A DNA stretch of 64,000 nt from a virus (lineage: Duplodnaviria; Caudoviricetes). A program made the position numbers and the translations under genes. Within the stretch, counting starts at the first letter, position 1, and every line of letters starts with the position of its first letter. Of this stretch, positions 44,547 through 54,623 are shown piece after piece. The stretch is taken from positions 2,998 through 66,997 of the IMG/VR virus record IMGVR_UViG_3300009500_000015. One strand, written 5' to 3'. The notes below the pieces were generated by a model. That model saw only the letters and a list, made by a program, of their open reading frames with translations, made no database searches and was not told the origin of the DNA.

Positions 44547-45403
44547 ACGCCGTAGTAACGATAGTGTCGGGCGCGGTCGCTCAGTTTAATCCAGAAGTCG
44601 GTCCACAAGTTATCGTCGGCAAGGATAATTTGCCTTTTGACGTACTATCGAACATTGTGGCGGGCAATCCTTTAGCAGGGATCAGCGTGTTTGATGGGGG
44701 CGCCTCGCACGACGATACAAAATGGATGCCCTACGAGATCCAAACGACCCAAACGCCTACATATATTACAAGCACGCTGAGTGCCAATGCGCTCGCGCCC
44801 GCCGCTAGCGCCACGATAACTATCGGAAACATAATGGGCCAGTCGGCTCCCAATCTTGGCGACTCAATTTCCGCCGTGGTGGCAAACGGACCCCTAACAC
44901 GCGGGACCGTTGCGACCGCTACGGCCAATATGACCAATACCCAACTGGCCGCACTGCTTGCGACTAATATAAATAACATCAATGCCCCAACCCATAATTA
45001 TCTGACCGCCACTAGCTCGGGAAATGTCGTGACACTCACCAATGTGGCGTCTTTTGGACTTTTGCTTACTAGTTATGTGGGCAATGCGGGCGCAAGACAA
45101 TATCTTTGGGCTCAACAAAAGCGCCCTATACAAATTTGCCTCTATACGGCAAGCCAGCAAAATAGGTGGATGATCGGGCAGCCGATCCTTGATCAACTTG
45201 CCTATCTGCAGGCGAACTACGGGGTACAGCTCGCGGACAATACGGCCCTTAGAATTATGCTCAATAGCGACCAATTGCGCACCGATGCGTATAACAATCA
45301 GCTCTACGTCTGGGATTTCATCATTGATGTTGAGTGGGGTCTTACGACTAGCGATGAGGTCTATAGCATTTTGGCGCCAGAAATTACCAAGCAGCTTGGT
45401 TGA
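44522..45403 (+). CDS. Putative tail completion/terminator protein
   Basis: Position upstream of the sheath gene. Confidence 0.5.
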   Translation: MASIDDVLNAVVTIVSGAVAQFNPEVGPQVIVGKDNLPFDVLSNIVAGNPLAGISVFDGGASHDDTKWMPYEIQTTQTPTYITSTLSANALAPAASATITIGNIMGQSAPNLGDSISAVVANGPLTRGTVATATANMTNTQLAALLATNINNINAPTHNYLTATSSGNVVTLTNVASFGLLLTSYVGNAGARQYLWAQQKRPIQICLYTASQQNRWMIGQPILDQLAYLQANYGVQLADNTALRIMLNSDQLRTDAYNNQLYVWDFIIDVEWGLTTSDEVYSILAPEITKQLG

Positions 45404-45508
45404 AGTTTGCCCAAACTGGGCTATGTTTGCTACACTCTTCGATAGAGCTAGGTTCTGCTCTAAGCCGTGGGCGCGAAGCCATTCACCCTTAATTCTGGTG
45501 ATTGGCCA

Positions 45509-47083
45509 ATGCCACAAAACATTGCTTATGGCGCTAACTTTAACCCTCTTTCGGTCTATGTGCCGGGCCTTTATCAGCAAGTCATTCCGCCGCAAACTTA
45601 TTTCAGCGGAGTGCCTGTCAGCATTGCGGGTTTTGTTGGTACTGCCCCTTGGGGTCCGCTCAATAGCCCACAGTTAATCTCAACCCCCGCCCAACAGCAG
45701 GCCACATTCGGCGGCATGACGGTGGCGGGCGCGTCCGACATCCACGATCTAAACACCGACATCTATCAGATGTTATTGCAAGGCGGGCCTTTAAGCGGTC
45801 TTGCGGCCTACTGCGTCAGGGTTTCGGACGGGACCGACAATGCCGCGTCAATTTTCCTTACAGACCTTTCGGTCACGCCAGTAAATATACTCAAGTTGAC
45901 CGCCATCTATACGGGAACGGCCGGCAATCAGATTGCGGCAATCGTTCAAAATAATCCCTCTAATGGCACCCTTACGCTAGTAATTAGTCCGTTTGCTGGC
46001 GGTGGTTCGCCCGAATATTTCACCAATTTGCCCAACACGACCGGTTTTGGCGCCGCCGCCCTATTGGCCGTTAACAATGGTCAGGGCTTGGCTCGAGGAC
46101 CATCTCAGTTTGTCAGAGCAAGCGCCGCCATGACCGGCACCTTGTTGCCCAAACAGCAAACCTACACGCTAGCGGGCGGTGCAGACGGCCGGGCGGTAAC
46201 TACTGCCCAACTAGTCGGCACAAACGTCTCGCCTCCTACTGGGGTTTGGGCGCTGCAAAATACTCAATTTCCCGTAAGCGTAGCGTGGTGTTGTGGACTC
46301 ACGGACGTGACAGGCCTTCCGACCTTTCAGTCGTTCTGCGACAAATTCAATGTTTTTGGGCTCTTCCAATTTGCGACCGGAGACAGCGTTTCGGCTGTCG
46401 TTACGGCAGTAGCTGCGGCTGGCGTTCTGGACTATCAGATCGGCTATCTGAAAGGCTTTGTCTGGTTTCTTGATCCTATTACCGGAAACCCAAGGCTCAT
46501 TACTTCTTACGCGACCGCCGGCGGCACTATCGCAACCCTGCCCCCGTGGGTTAGCCCGACAAACAAAACGGTCAAAAACATTCTTGGGACCGAGACTAAC
46601 AATCCTTTCACCGGTACGGTTCCTTATGCCTACTCGGACTACGCCTCATTAGGTCAAGCGGGCGTCATGTTGCTGGACAATCCAATCCAGCGCGGCTCGG
46701 CTTGGGGCTTTATCAATGGCTATAACTCGGTCGGCAACAATGCGGCCACCGCCTACGTTGAGTACAGCCGCCTGACTAACTATATTGTTGCGACCAATGC
46801 GAATATTCTTGGCCAGTATGTGGGCGAAAACCAAGGCTTTACGGCAAGCGATCCGGTTAGAGCGCAAGTTAGAGCAGCCCTGAATAATTTCTTCCAACAA
46901 TTGCAAGACTCGAACTATATCGGTTCGTTCAACGTTCAGGCCGACCTCAATAACAACTCTCAAACAACGATAGCGCAGCATGAGTTGGCTATCTATGAAC
47001 AAATTCAATATAACGCCTCGATCCAAGTGATCTTTGTTCAGACCCAAGGCGGCACAACCGTTGTGCCTGTCCAAACTCCATAA
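45509..47083 (+). CDS. Tail sheath protein
   Basis: VYVPGLYQQVI, IAGFVGTAPWGPLNSP, LAGGADG, C-terminal ...V...L..FF..L....IG.F.V..D..NN. Confidence 0.88.
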   Translation: MPQNIAYGANFNPLSVYVPGLYQQVIPPQTYFSGVPVSIAGFVGTAPWGPLNSPQLISTPAQQQATFGGMTVAGASDIHDLNTDIYQMLLQGGPLSGLAAYCVRVSDGTDNAASIFLTDLSVTPVNILKLTAIYTGTAGNQIAAIVQNNPSNGTLTLVISPFAGGGSPEYFTNLPNTTGFGAAALLAVNNGQGLARGPSQFVRASAAMTGTLLPKQQTYTLAGGADGRAVTTAQLVGTNVSPPTGVWALQNTQFPVSVAWCCGLTDVTGLPTFQSFCDKFNVFGLFQFATGDSVSAVVTAVAAAGVLDYQIGYLKGFVWFLDPITGNPRLITSYATAGGTIATLPPWVSPTNKTVKNILGTETNNPFTGTVPYAYSDYASLGQAGVMLLDNPIQRGSAWGFINGYNSVGNNAATAYVEYSRLTNYIVATNANILGQYVGENQGFTASDPVRAQVRAALNNFFQQLQDSNYIGSFNVQADLNNNSQTTIAQHELAIYEQIQYNASIQVIFVQTQGGTTVVPVQTP

Positions 47084-47095
47084 GGACTAGCACAA

Positions 47096-47584
47096 ATGGC
47101 AGCAATAACAGTAAATAGCTATTCTGTCGGGACAGAAATGCAGTCGCTAGTCCTACAGGCTAACGGCCAAAGCTACCCTGTCCAGCAACTAGGTCACTTG
47201 AGGGAGTTTAACGCAACCCAAAATGTGACCCAAACGACCATCACGCCCGTCGTTTATGGCGGCTTGAGATTGCACCGAAACATTTATCACGACTTCTCCG
47301 GACGGATAAGCTTTGATAGATACAATGCCTCAATCACAAGCCTCATGCAGTCTATTGCCTACACGTTCCAACAAACCGGAGCGGAAACATATTTCACTAT
47401 TTTTGCCACTATCTTTAATGCCTTTCTAAATACGACAGACGATTATCTATTCAATAATTGCGTTTTGGATGGTCATGATCTAGGCGCATGGACTGGCACG
47501 GCCGAGGTCCAGAACCTGATCCAGTTCCGTTGCCAATCTTTTGTCGTCCAGGGCGCCACCCCCTCACAAATCCTAACCGCTTAA
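47096..47584 (+). CDS. Tail tube protein
   Basis: 162 aa directly after the sheath gene. Confidence 0.7.
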   Translation: MAAITVNSYSVGTEMQSLVLQANGQSYPVQQLGHLREFNATQNVTQTTITPVVYGGLRLHRNIYHDFSGRISFDRYNASITSLMQSIAYTFQQTGAETYFTIFATIFNAFLNTTDDYLFNNCVLDGHDLGAWTGTAEVQNLIQFRCQSFVVQGATPSQILTA

Positions 47585-47636
47585 AATACTGCTCTGCTAT
47601 ACTTTTCCTCGGAATAGTAAATCTGGGGATATTTCT

Positions 47637-48260
47637 TTGGCAGGCAAAAAAACGTTTGATCCAGCACTCAAGCCCCCGCAAGGGTTGGCCCAGCAGTCGC
47701 CCAATATGTTGCTCCCTGGCGCCCCGCCCCAAACAAAGCCGGTAGTACCAGCCCCCACGCCAGTCGAACAAATCCCGCCAGAACTTGCCGCCAAAATGGC
47801 AGAACTCAAGAGCGTTGCCCAAACCGCTTACGCGGGCGAACGGGCAGGCAATGAGCATTACGAGGCGGTCGTTCACCCTCGCCCCTACGATCCTGGCGCG
47901 GCCGATCAGGTAAGTATCAAGATCAAAAAAAGTGGAAAGATCGTCATTATGGGCGATCCGGATATACCGGTATTTCTCTTTGTGCCGAGCATCTTTAAGA
48001 ACCATTCGGACGACGAGATGATGACCGCTCAAGGCAAACATAATTACGCTTGGGCGCTGGCTGCCCAATATGTCCGGTCGGTCGATGGGCGCGCTATGCC
48101 GCATACAGGGCTTCATACGTGGCAAGAATGTGTGAATTTAGCACACGAGCTAAGGAATTTTGGCGCACTGGCCGTGATGCAAGCCTACGCTGTACATTAC
48201 GGAGACCTCCCCGAGTGGGAGGAGGTAAAAAAAAATAGCCCAGAATCCGGCGTTTCGTAG
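47637..48260 (+). CDS. Tail assembly chaperone (gpG-like)
   Basis: Between tube and tape measure; A9 run near the 3' end; TGCTATACT extended -10 at 47595. Confidence 0.65.
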   Translation: MAGKKTFDPALKPPQGLAQQSPNMLLPGAPPQTKPVVPAPTPVEQIPPELAAKMAELKSVAQTAYAGERAGNEHYEAVVHPRPYDPGAADQVSIKIKKSGKIVIMGDPDIPVFLFVPSIFKNHSDDEMMTAQGKHNYAWALAAQYVRSVDGRAMPHTGLHTWQECVNLAHELRNFGALAVMQAYAVHYGDLPEWEEVKKNSPESGVS

Positions 48261-48486
48261 TTCGGTCGCCCTCTGGACCTTGGGGCAAATTAGCCTGAAT
48301 GACGCTATGTATATGCCCAATAGATGGAAGCAGGCAATTTTGCTTGCCAACCAGCTAAACCAGGGCGCTACAATAGATGAAGAGTCAGGCGCCGTCGTCT
48401 GGCCGGGCAGCGAGTTGGCTAATGACCGTTCAGCTAAAAAGCCTCAAGGGACTGGCCGAAAAGCTCGCAATCGTTCGGGCTACTGA
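48229..48486 (+). CDS. Frameshift extension of the tail chaperone (gpGT-like)
   Basis: The +1/-2 frame opens at the A9 run (after TAA at 48226) and continues to 48486. Confidence 0.55.
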   Translation, partial: KKIAQNPAFRSSVALWTLGQISLNDAMYMPNRWKQAILLANQLNQGATIDEESGAVVWPGSELANDRSAKKPQGTGRKARNRSGY

Positions 48487-48913
48487 ACTGCCCCAAGCGT
48501 CCACAAGAGGCGCACGTGAAGTGGGAGAACTTGCCCTTACTATTGCGCAAAAACGCCTAATTGGACGAGGCACGCCACTAGAAAAAGTGGGGGAGTTTGG
48601 CCCGTGGGCGCCCCTTAAGGACTCTACTATTGGGCAAAAGTCCAAAAAGGGACTCGGGCTTGGTGGCAATCCGGCAAGCATTTTGTACGCTACTGGCGAA
48701 CTACAGCGATCCGTCAGGCTAAATGTTCGGCGCAATATGGCGACTATTGGAAGTGATATTCCCTATGCGGCCGTTCATGAATACGGGGCACCGAGCAAGA
48801 ATATTCCGCCCCGCCCAGTATTCGGACCCGCCATGATCTTGGCCGCAAGCGAAATGCGCCGCCATTTGCGTAAGCTTCTGACTGCCTCTATTGCCGGAAG
48901 GAACACGATCTAA
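48422..48913 (+). CDS. Phage virion morphogenesis protein (Mu gpG / P2 gpS-like)
   Basis: LYATGELQRS...IGSDIPYAAVHEYG...IPPRPVFGP. Confidence 0.8.
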   Translation: MTVQLKSLKGLAEKLAIVRATELPQASTRGAREVGELALTIAQKRLIGRGTPLEKVGEFGPWAPLKDSTIGQKSKKGLGLGGNPASILYATGELQRSVRLNVRRNMATIGSDIPYAAVHEYGAPSKNIPPRPVFGPAMILAASEMRRHLRKLLTASIAGRNTI

Positions 48914-51351
48914 TGGACTATATTGTCAGCTCTAGCTTCCGGCTTGATGCCAGTCAGGCGATAAAACAGCTCGAGAGCCTTGAGCGCATAATGATGCAGG
49001 TCGATAAGACCTTCCAGGAATTTACCAAAATTGCCACAAGCGCTACGAACGCACTAACCGCCTTTACGCTAGTGGCCGACAAGGCCGGGCTAGCGGCCAT
49101 GGAGTTTAGAAAGGGGCTTCAAGGTATTCCGCTTGGTAATTTTTCTAGCCGCCTTGGTACTGCCAGTAGTGCCATGAGCAATTTGGGCACCACAACGTTA
49201 AAAACTACCTTTACGCTAGCCGATCAGGCAACAGAACTAAATGCCCTAAACCGACAGGCCCTAACGGCCGCCACTAGCGTTAGGCAATTGGGAACTGCTA
49301 TGAGAGGCGTAAAGCCCATCATGGCGGGCGGCACTGCCGGTGGTGGTTCTCGTTCTTTGCGAGAAGCCGAAAAGGTCGGCATGTTAGGAAGCATAGCGGC
49401 GTTTGGCAACAAGGCCCTTATGGCCGGCATGACCGCTACTATCGGCTATGACCTTACGAAACAAACCTTGGGCGATTTTATTGTGCCGGGAATTGAGTAT
49501 CAGCAGGCGGTCTACAAGTTGAAACGCATGGGGGGCGTTAGCCCTGGCGAATTGGCGGATGTGGAAAAAACCGCACGCCTGACGAGCCAACAGGTGCCAA
49601 CCAGCACGCTCACTGAAAATGTTCGCAACATTCAAGAACTCTATTCAATAATGGGTCCAGGCCGAATGAATGAGGCCAAAGAGCTCGCACCCTTTGGGGC
49701 TAAGCTAGACCTAGCGATGAAAACCTACCTGACCGAGCATCCTGGCAGTAGTGCTAGCACAGAAGGTTTACTCCAAACCGTAGCAAAGACGGCCGAACAG
49801 GTAGGACGATTCAGAACGCCAGCCGAGGCGGAAAAGTTCATGACAAATGTCTTTCGCCAGACCGTTAGCACTGGCGGTATGAGCACGCCGCAAATATACG
49901 CGCAGGTCGTAAAGTTTATGCGCGGTGCGCGCTTCGGCAAGACAGACGAGTTTATGTTTGGTGCCCTTCCGTTCCTAATTCAAGAAATGGCCAACAAGGG
50001 GGGCGGGGGCTCGCGTGGAGTCGGCCCAATGATGACGGCCTTTGATCGCCTCACCTCGGCCGGCAAGATCGATAAGCTCACTATGAACCAGTTCCAGCAG
50101 TTGGGATTATTGCCACATAGTATGGTGGAGAATCAGCATTTCGTTAAGAGCAGCACTGGCTATGCGCTCAAGCCGGGAGTTCTCAAAGGTTATGACCTTG
50201 CTCTAACAGATCCGTTCGCATGGCACCAACAAGTAGCAATGCCCGCCATATTGGCAAAAGCCATGCCGGGCGTGCCATTCAAAGAAGCACAAAAGCGCTT
50301 CGACACGATGGATCAGGGCGAGCGGAAAAAACTAATGGCGCCCGTTACTGCCGGTATGAACAATACGCTAGCGGACTTTTTCCAACAGTTCGCAATGAAT
50401 GAGGCGCTAGTCGAAAAGCACATTGAGCTCTTTAAGTCGGTTGGCGACTTGCAAGAACAATACAATATGGCGATGGAAACTACGATCGGCAAAACCGAAA
50501 GGCTTAATGCCTCATTCAACAATCTCGCTACCCTGATTGGCAAGTCGGACGCAGTGGTCAAACCGCTAAATGCCGGGCTAGATACGCTCTCCAATTTCTT
50601 TAGCGGATTACCGAAAGCTTTTGGCAGCCTGCCGTCCGACTTCCCCAATTTGGCAAAAGACCTACAGGCAATTGGTGGGGCGTTCAAGTGGCTTGGCGAC
50701 CAACTTTCGCCCGTCATTAGCGCCTTGCCCGAGGCCGTCCATCTGCTTTTGCAAGTGTTGGACAAGATCGCGGGCTTTGCAAATGGCGTATCAACAAGTC
50801 CGGCGGCCCAAGGCATGATGTCGGGCTCGGAGCAGGGGGGCGCCATTGGACAGCAGTTGCTTGGACCCGCGGGCAAACTTCCGGGCGAAATTGTGGGCGG
50901 TGCGGTCGGGGCTCTTTCTGGCGGTCATAATAATATTGGCCGTCGCATGTGGCGACCGCTCCAACATCAGCTCGAACGTATAGCGCGTGATGCGCAACAT
51001 GGGGGCCTATCGCCCTCTTTTGTTCCGAAGCCGCCCAACACCCCAGCTTTTGTACCGCCCGCTGGCGACATGCCCCATATAGATCCTTCTTTATTGCACA
51101 ACTGGCCGGTCCCTCCCGTGCCGGGAACGCCGGGCTGGAAAGGCTATGTGAAGGCAAACTCCCCGCCCGCCCCGACGGTCGAGCACCATCATCACCACCA
51201 CGAGACCAAAGTGTATATTGATGGCAAAGAGGTCGCGCACTACACGCAGCACCACACGGCCCGCTCGTTGGAGCGTGGACAAATGAGACAGAATGCCACT
51301 CAACAAAGGGCAAATAGTGCGACTACCAGCATGTGGACTACGGCAAAATAA
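48913..51351 (+). CDS. Tape measure protein
   Basis: 812 aa, Ala/Gly/Met-rich helical, after the chaperones. Confidence 0.8.
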   Translation: MDYIVSSSFRLDASQAIKQLESLERIMMQVDKTFQEFTKIATSATNALTAFTLVADKAGLAAMEFRKGLQGIPLGNFSSRLGTASSAMSNLGTTTLKTTFTLADQATELNALNRQALTAATSVRQLGTAMRGVKPIMAGGTAGGGSRSLREAEKVGMLGSIAAFGNKALMAGMTATIGYDLTKQTLGDFIVPGIEYQQAVYKLKRMGGVSPGELADVEKTARLTSQQVPTSTLTENVRNIQELYSIMGPGRMNEAKELAPFGAKLDLAMKTYLTEHPGSSASTEGLLQTVAKTAEQVGRFRTPAEAEKFMTNVFRQTVSTGGMSTPQIYAQVVKFMRGARFGKTDEFMFGALPFLIQEMANKGGGGSRGVGPMMTAFDRLTSAGKIDKLTMNQFQQLGLLPHSMVENQHFVKSSTGYALKPGVLKGYDLALTDPFAWHQQVAMPAILAKAMPGVPFKEAQKRFDTMDQGERKKLMAPVTAGMNNTLADFFQQFAMNEALVEKHIELFKSVGDLQEQYNMAMETTIGKTERLNASFNNLATLIGKSDAVVKPLNAGLDTLSNFFSGLPKAFGSLPSDFPNLAKDLQAIGGAFKWLGDQLSPVISALPEAVHLLLQVLDKIAGFANGVSTSPAAQGMMSGSEQGGAIGQQLLGPAGKLPGEIVGGAVGALSGGHNNIGRRMWRPLQHQLERIARDAQHGGLSPSFVPKPPNTPAFVPPAGDMPHIDPSLLHNWPVPPVPGTPGWKGYVKANSPPAPTVEHHHHHHETKVYIDGKEVAHYTQHHTARSLERGQMRQNATQQRANSATTSMWTTAK

Positions 51352-52349
51352 TGGCAAATCCCCAACCACAAATAGCCTTTACGCTTGGCGGCTTCTCGTT
51401 TATGAATTACGAGCTACCCGATAGCGTCGATGGGCTTGGGGGCTATTGTAAGGTCGATGTCAAAAACTTTGCGGGCGGCTATCGGTCGTTGCAATCTTTC
51501 GGTGATTTTCCTAGCGATACGATCGAGTGGTCCGGCACCTTCACGCGCAACAGCCAGACGGACGACATGTATTCTCGTATGCAGCAATTGCTTGGCATAA
51601 GACAGGCGCAGCAGTCCGTTACTCTAACGCTAGGGCAATTTAGCTATCAGGTGTTTGTCCAAAAGATTGAGCTGAACATGAAGCTCCAATACTGGATACC
51701 CTACAAGATCGTGCTCATTCCCTTAAGTTTGAACACCCCGCAGGTTGCCCAAGCGCCACCAGGCGGCCTCAATTCAAGCGGCAATACGCCACCGACCGCC
51801 CCGCAGGTGATACCACCGGGCAGTCCGGCGCCGCCTCAAAATGCCGCCTTTCAAAATAGCCCTCAAAACGTCGGTCAACCAAACATCGGCCAGTTAAACT
51901 CCTCAAACCTACTGTTCGGACAGGCAATAAATAACGCCCCCTCCTTCTCAAATATCCCAAGCCAAACGCTCACAAGCTTTACGAGCTTTCAGCAAAGTTT
52001 GCAGATGGCATTACAAAACTCGTTAGGCAATCCATCACTTATAAATAGCGATGCGCTGACCGATAGTTTCAATACGGCAAACACCAATGCCCAAACGCTA
52101 CTCAATAGCACCGATCCCTCTCAGGCGGCATATGGTGCCCAGACGGCGCCAATTTTGGGCAATATTAGCGATGCGCTACAAAACCAGTCGGGGGTTTTGT
52201 ACAACGGGACATTTATCAATCCAAACTTATTTGATCTTGCCACTCAGTATTACCAAAATGCGAGCGACTGGGAGGTGATCGCAACGGTCAACAATCTAAC
52301 CACGCCCTTTCCTATCGGAACCTACAGCCTCACGATCCCAAGTCAATAA
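51351..52349 (+). CDS. Tail tube initiator / baseplate protein with C-terminal LysM-like domain
   Basis: C-terminal LFDLATQYYQNASDWEVIATVNNL.......LTIP. Confidence 0.65.
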   Translation: MANPQPQIAFTLGGFSFMNYELPDSVDGLGGYCKVDVKNFAGGYRSLQSFGDFPSDTIEWSGTFTRNSQTDDMYSRMQQLLGIRQAQQSVTLTLGQFSYQVFVQKIELNMKLQYWIPYKIVLIPLSLNTPQVAQAPPGGLNSSGNTPPTAPQVIPPGSPAPPQNAAFQNSPQNVGQPNIGQLNSSNLLFGQAINNAPSFSNIPSQTLTSFTSFQQSLQMALQNSLGNPSLINSDALTDSFNTANTNAQTLLNSTDPSQAAYGAQTAPILGNISDALQNQSGVLYNGTFINPNLFDLATQYYQNASDWEVIATVNNLTTPFPIGTYSLTIPSQ

Positions 52350-53612
52350 ATGTACCCACCAGGACAACTAACAGGCTACGAGACAGTATTTCAAAGCACC
52401 GTCCAGATCGGAGCCTATGAGGTGCCTACATTTGCCTGGACAATATCTCAAGGGACATACGGAAAATTGGGAACGGCCGTTATTGAAAGCTCGGTAGTGG
52501 ACTTTCAGAACAATCAAATCAATCTGGACAATCTAAATGCCGTGGCGGGCGTTACGGCGGGCGGCCATATTCCCGTCTCGGTCACCATTAATGGAAAGAC
52601 TGTATTTGGTGGCAACTATTGTTTTGGTCACTATACGTTTCACGATAATCATATTGAGATTACTTGTCGAGACTTTGCAAGCGCATTGTTTGATACTAAG
52701 CGCTCGCTTGCGGATCTAAATTACAACCAACAGACCGTAAGTCAGATGATTACTCAATTTGCCCAATATGTCAGCCTGCCAACCCCAGACATTCAGATAA
52801 GCAACGATCCAATAGTAGGCACCGTGTTTGATGCGGTAGGACTCACCACTGGCGGTGTCACGTACAATACTTATCCCAGACCCCTTTGGGAGATTGCCCA
52901 GTTTTTAGCCAAATGGGTTGGGGCTCAAATATATACAGACCCACAAGGCGTAATTCATGTTCACGACCTTCCTACAGGCGGGACAACGAGGCAATATCAG
53001 TGGTTTGTCGATCCCCAAGCGGCCGCAGCCGACTTTCAATTGCCCGTACTTGAATATGAGGTTTTGCACCAACCGGAGAGAAACAAAAACTTTTCGGTTA
53101 TTGTAAAAAGCCATCATGGACAAAGGGCACAAGACTATATGCATACCGTTACGGTAAATGGGCAAAGCGTCACGCTTTCGGGAAATAAGACGCTTGGAGC
53201 TGGTTTCTTTAGTGCAAATGGCGGGGGCGTGCAGGCCCGTAGCGTTTTGTCGGCCGCGCAGAATGGCATACCAACTTTGATCTTTCGCTATGATGGACTA
53301 ATCCAAAGTGAAGTACAGGCAAAGGCCGAGGGAATCGCTCGAGAAATAGCCAAGCGTTTGTTTGTCAATACGATCAAGGTGGATGGCGACCCGACCCTTA
53401 AGCCGCTTGAACAAATTACAATAATAGAGGGGCAGCAAGGCACCACCTTGGGATTCGCTCAAAAGCAACTGTACATAAGCGAAGTGATCCACAATTTCCG
53501 CATGCCGGAAAACATTACGCACGGGAGCGGCTTTAGCACCACCATAAAGGCTCTAACTTTTCCGCCGGGCGCTTCTGATGTTGATCCCGACACGCTAGCG
53601 GGAGGACTTTAG
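52350..53612 (+). CDS. Baseplate hub (gpD/gp44-like)
   Basis: Size, position, ITCRDFASALFD and G.IHV motifs. Confidence 0.65.
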   Translation: MYPPGQLTGYETVFQSTVQIGAYEVPTFAWTISQGTYGKLGTAVIESSVVDFQNNQINLDNLNAVAGVTAGGHIPVSVTINGKTVFGGNYCFGHYTFHDNHIEITCRDFASALFDTKRSLADLNYNQQTVSQMITQFAQYVSLPTPDIQISNDPIVGTVFDAVGLTTGGVTYNTYPRPLWEIAQFLAKWVGAQIYTDPQGVIHVHDLPTGGTTRQYQWFVDPQAAAADFQLPVLEYEVLHQPERNKNFSVIVKSHHGQRAQDYMHTVTVNGQSVTLSGNKTLGAGFFSANGGGVQARSVLSAAQNGIPTLIFRYDGLIQSEVQAKAEGIAREIAKRLFVNTIKVDGDPTLKPLEQITIIEGQQGTTLGFAQKQLYISEVIHNFRMPENITHGSGFSTTIKALTFPPGASDVDPDTLAGGL

Positions 53613-54623
53613 TTGGTCGAACATCACCTACACTCTGAGTTTTACAACCTTGCCCAAGAGCAGGTGGATCGGCAGATTAGCGGACTCAAGGCGGCTTTCG
53701 TTGGATATATTCAAAGGTACAATCCGATTAGCCATACGGTAATCATTCAAAATCCCCTCGCGGGCGATGTGCCGGTCGCCGGACTGGCGGCGGCCTTTGG
53801 CCTAACGGGCAATACGGGCATGCCGCTCATTACTGGCGAGATCCAACTTTCAACCGGCATGAGCGCCATAGGGAATGGCAATCCCATCAACAACGACTTG
53901 CCAAATTATGGTATTCAGCTCGCGCCCTTTGGGGGAGCAAATCCGGAAGATAATCTAGACGGTGAGCAAGTTCTAGTCGTGATTCTCAATAATGAGTCGG
54001 GCTATAGCATTTGTGCCTATTTGCTTTTCAACGATCAGGCAAAGCCACCGGGCAACTCAATACCAATCACCAACGTTCCACTCAAGCCAGGCGAGTGGTT
54101 GTGGGTCCATGCGAGCGGTACGACTATGCACTGGGACTTGCAAGGCAATATAAATATCTATCTACAACAGCCGCCAAACGCGACGGCCAACATGTCGGCC
54201 AACTTGAATGTAGTTTCGGCAGGCGGGATCGGCCTGGCCACCACCCCGCCCAACACGGCCCCCATCCTTCCGCACCAAGGGGATATAAATACAAGCAGCA
54301 ATCGAGATACAAATGCGTCTGCCGCAAGAGACTTTAATGAGAGTTCTACCCGAGATACGACTGTAAATGCCGGGCGTAATATCCAGATTGGCGCGGCCGT
54401 GAACATTACGATCAGCGCGCTTGGGGTTATCAATATTATTAGCCCGACCGCGATCAATATTGGTCAGAGCGCCGCGTTCCTAACACTATTGACCGAAGCC
54501 TTCTTGGCAGCTTTCAATAGCCATACTCACATAGCGCCATCGGGAGGCGGTTTAACTACTGAACCGACCGTTACAATTGTCCCAGTGGCTCCTATAACTA
54601 CCTCAATTTTGGCGGCAAACTAA
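53613..54623 (+). CDS. Baseplate spike (gpV/gp45-like)
   Basis: PGEWLWVHASG, beta-helix repeats, C-terminal FNSHTH...G.T..P metal-binding tip. Confidence 0.8.
   Translation: MVEHHLHSEFYNLAQEQVDRQISGLKAAFVGYIQRYNPISHTVIIQNPLAGDVPVAGLAAAFGLTGNTGMPLITGEIQLSTGMSAIGNGNPINNDLPNYGIQLAPFGGANPEDNLDGEQVLVVILNNESGYSICAYLLFNDQAKPPGNSIPITNVPLKPGEWLWVHASGTTMHWDLQGNINIYLQQPPNATANMSANLNVVSAGGIGLATTPPNTAPILPHQGDINTSSNRDTNASAARDFNESSTRDTTVNAGRNIQIGAAVNITISALGVINIISPTAINIGQSAAFLTLLTEAFLAAFNSHTHIAPSGGGLTTEPTVTIVPVAPITTSILAAN

Noticed and set aside
44894-45595. Long alternative-frame or antisense ORFs (e.g. 44894-45595, 38379-38852, 50717-51313, 58256-58792)
   Set aside because: Shadow ORFs over well-supported structural genes, with no recognisable motifs
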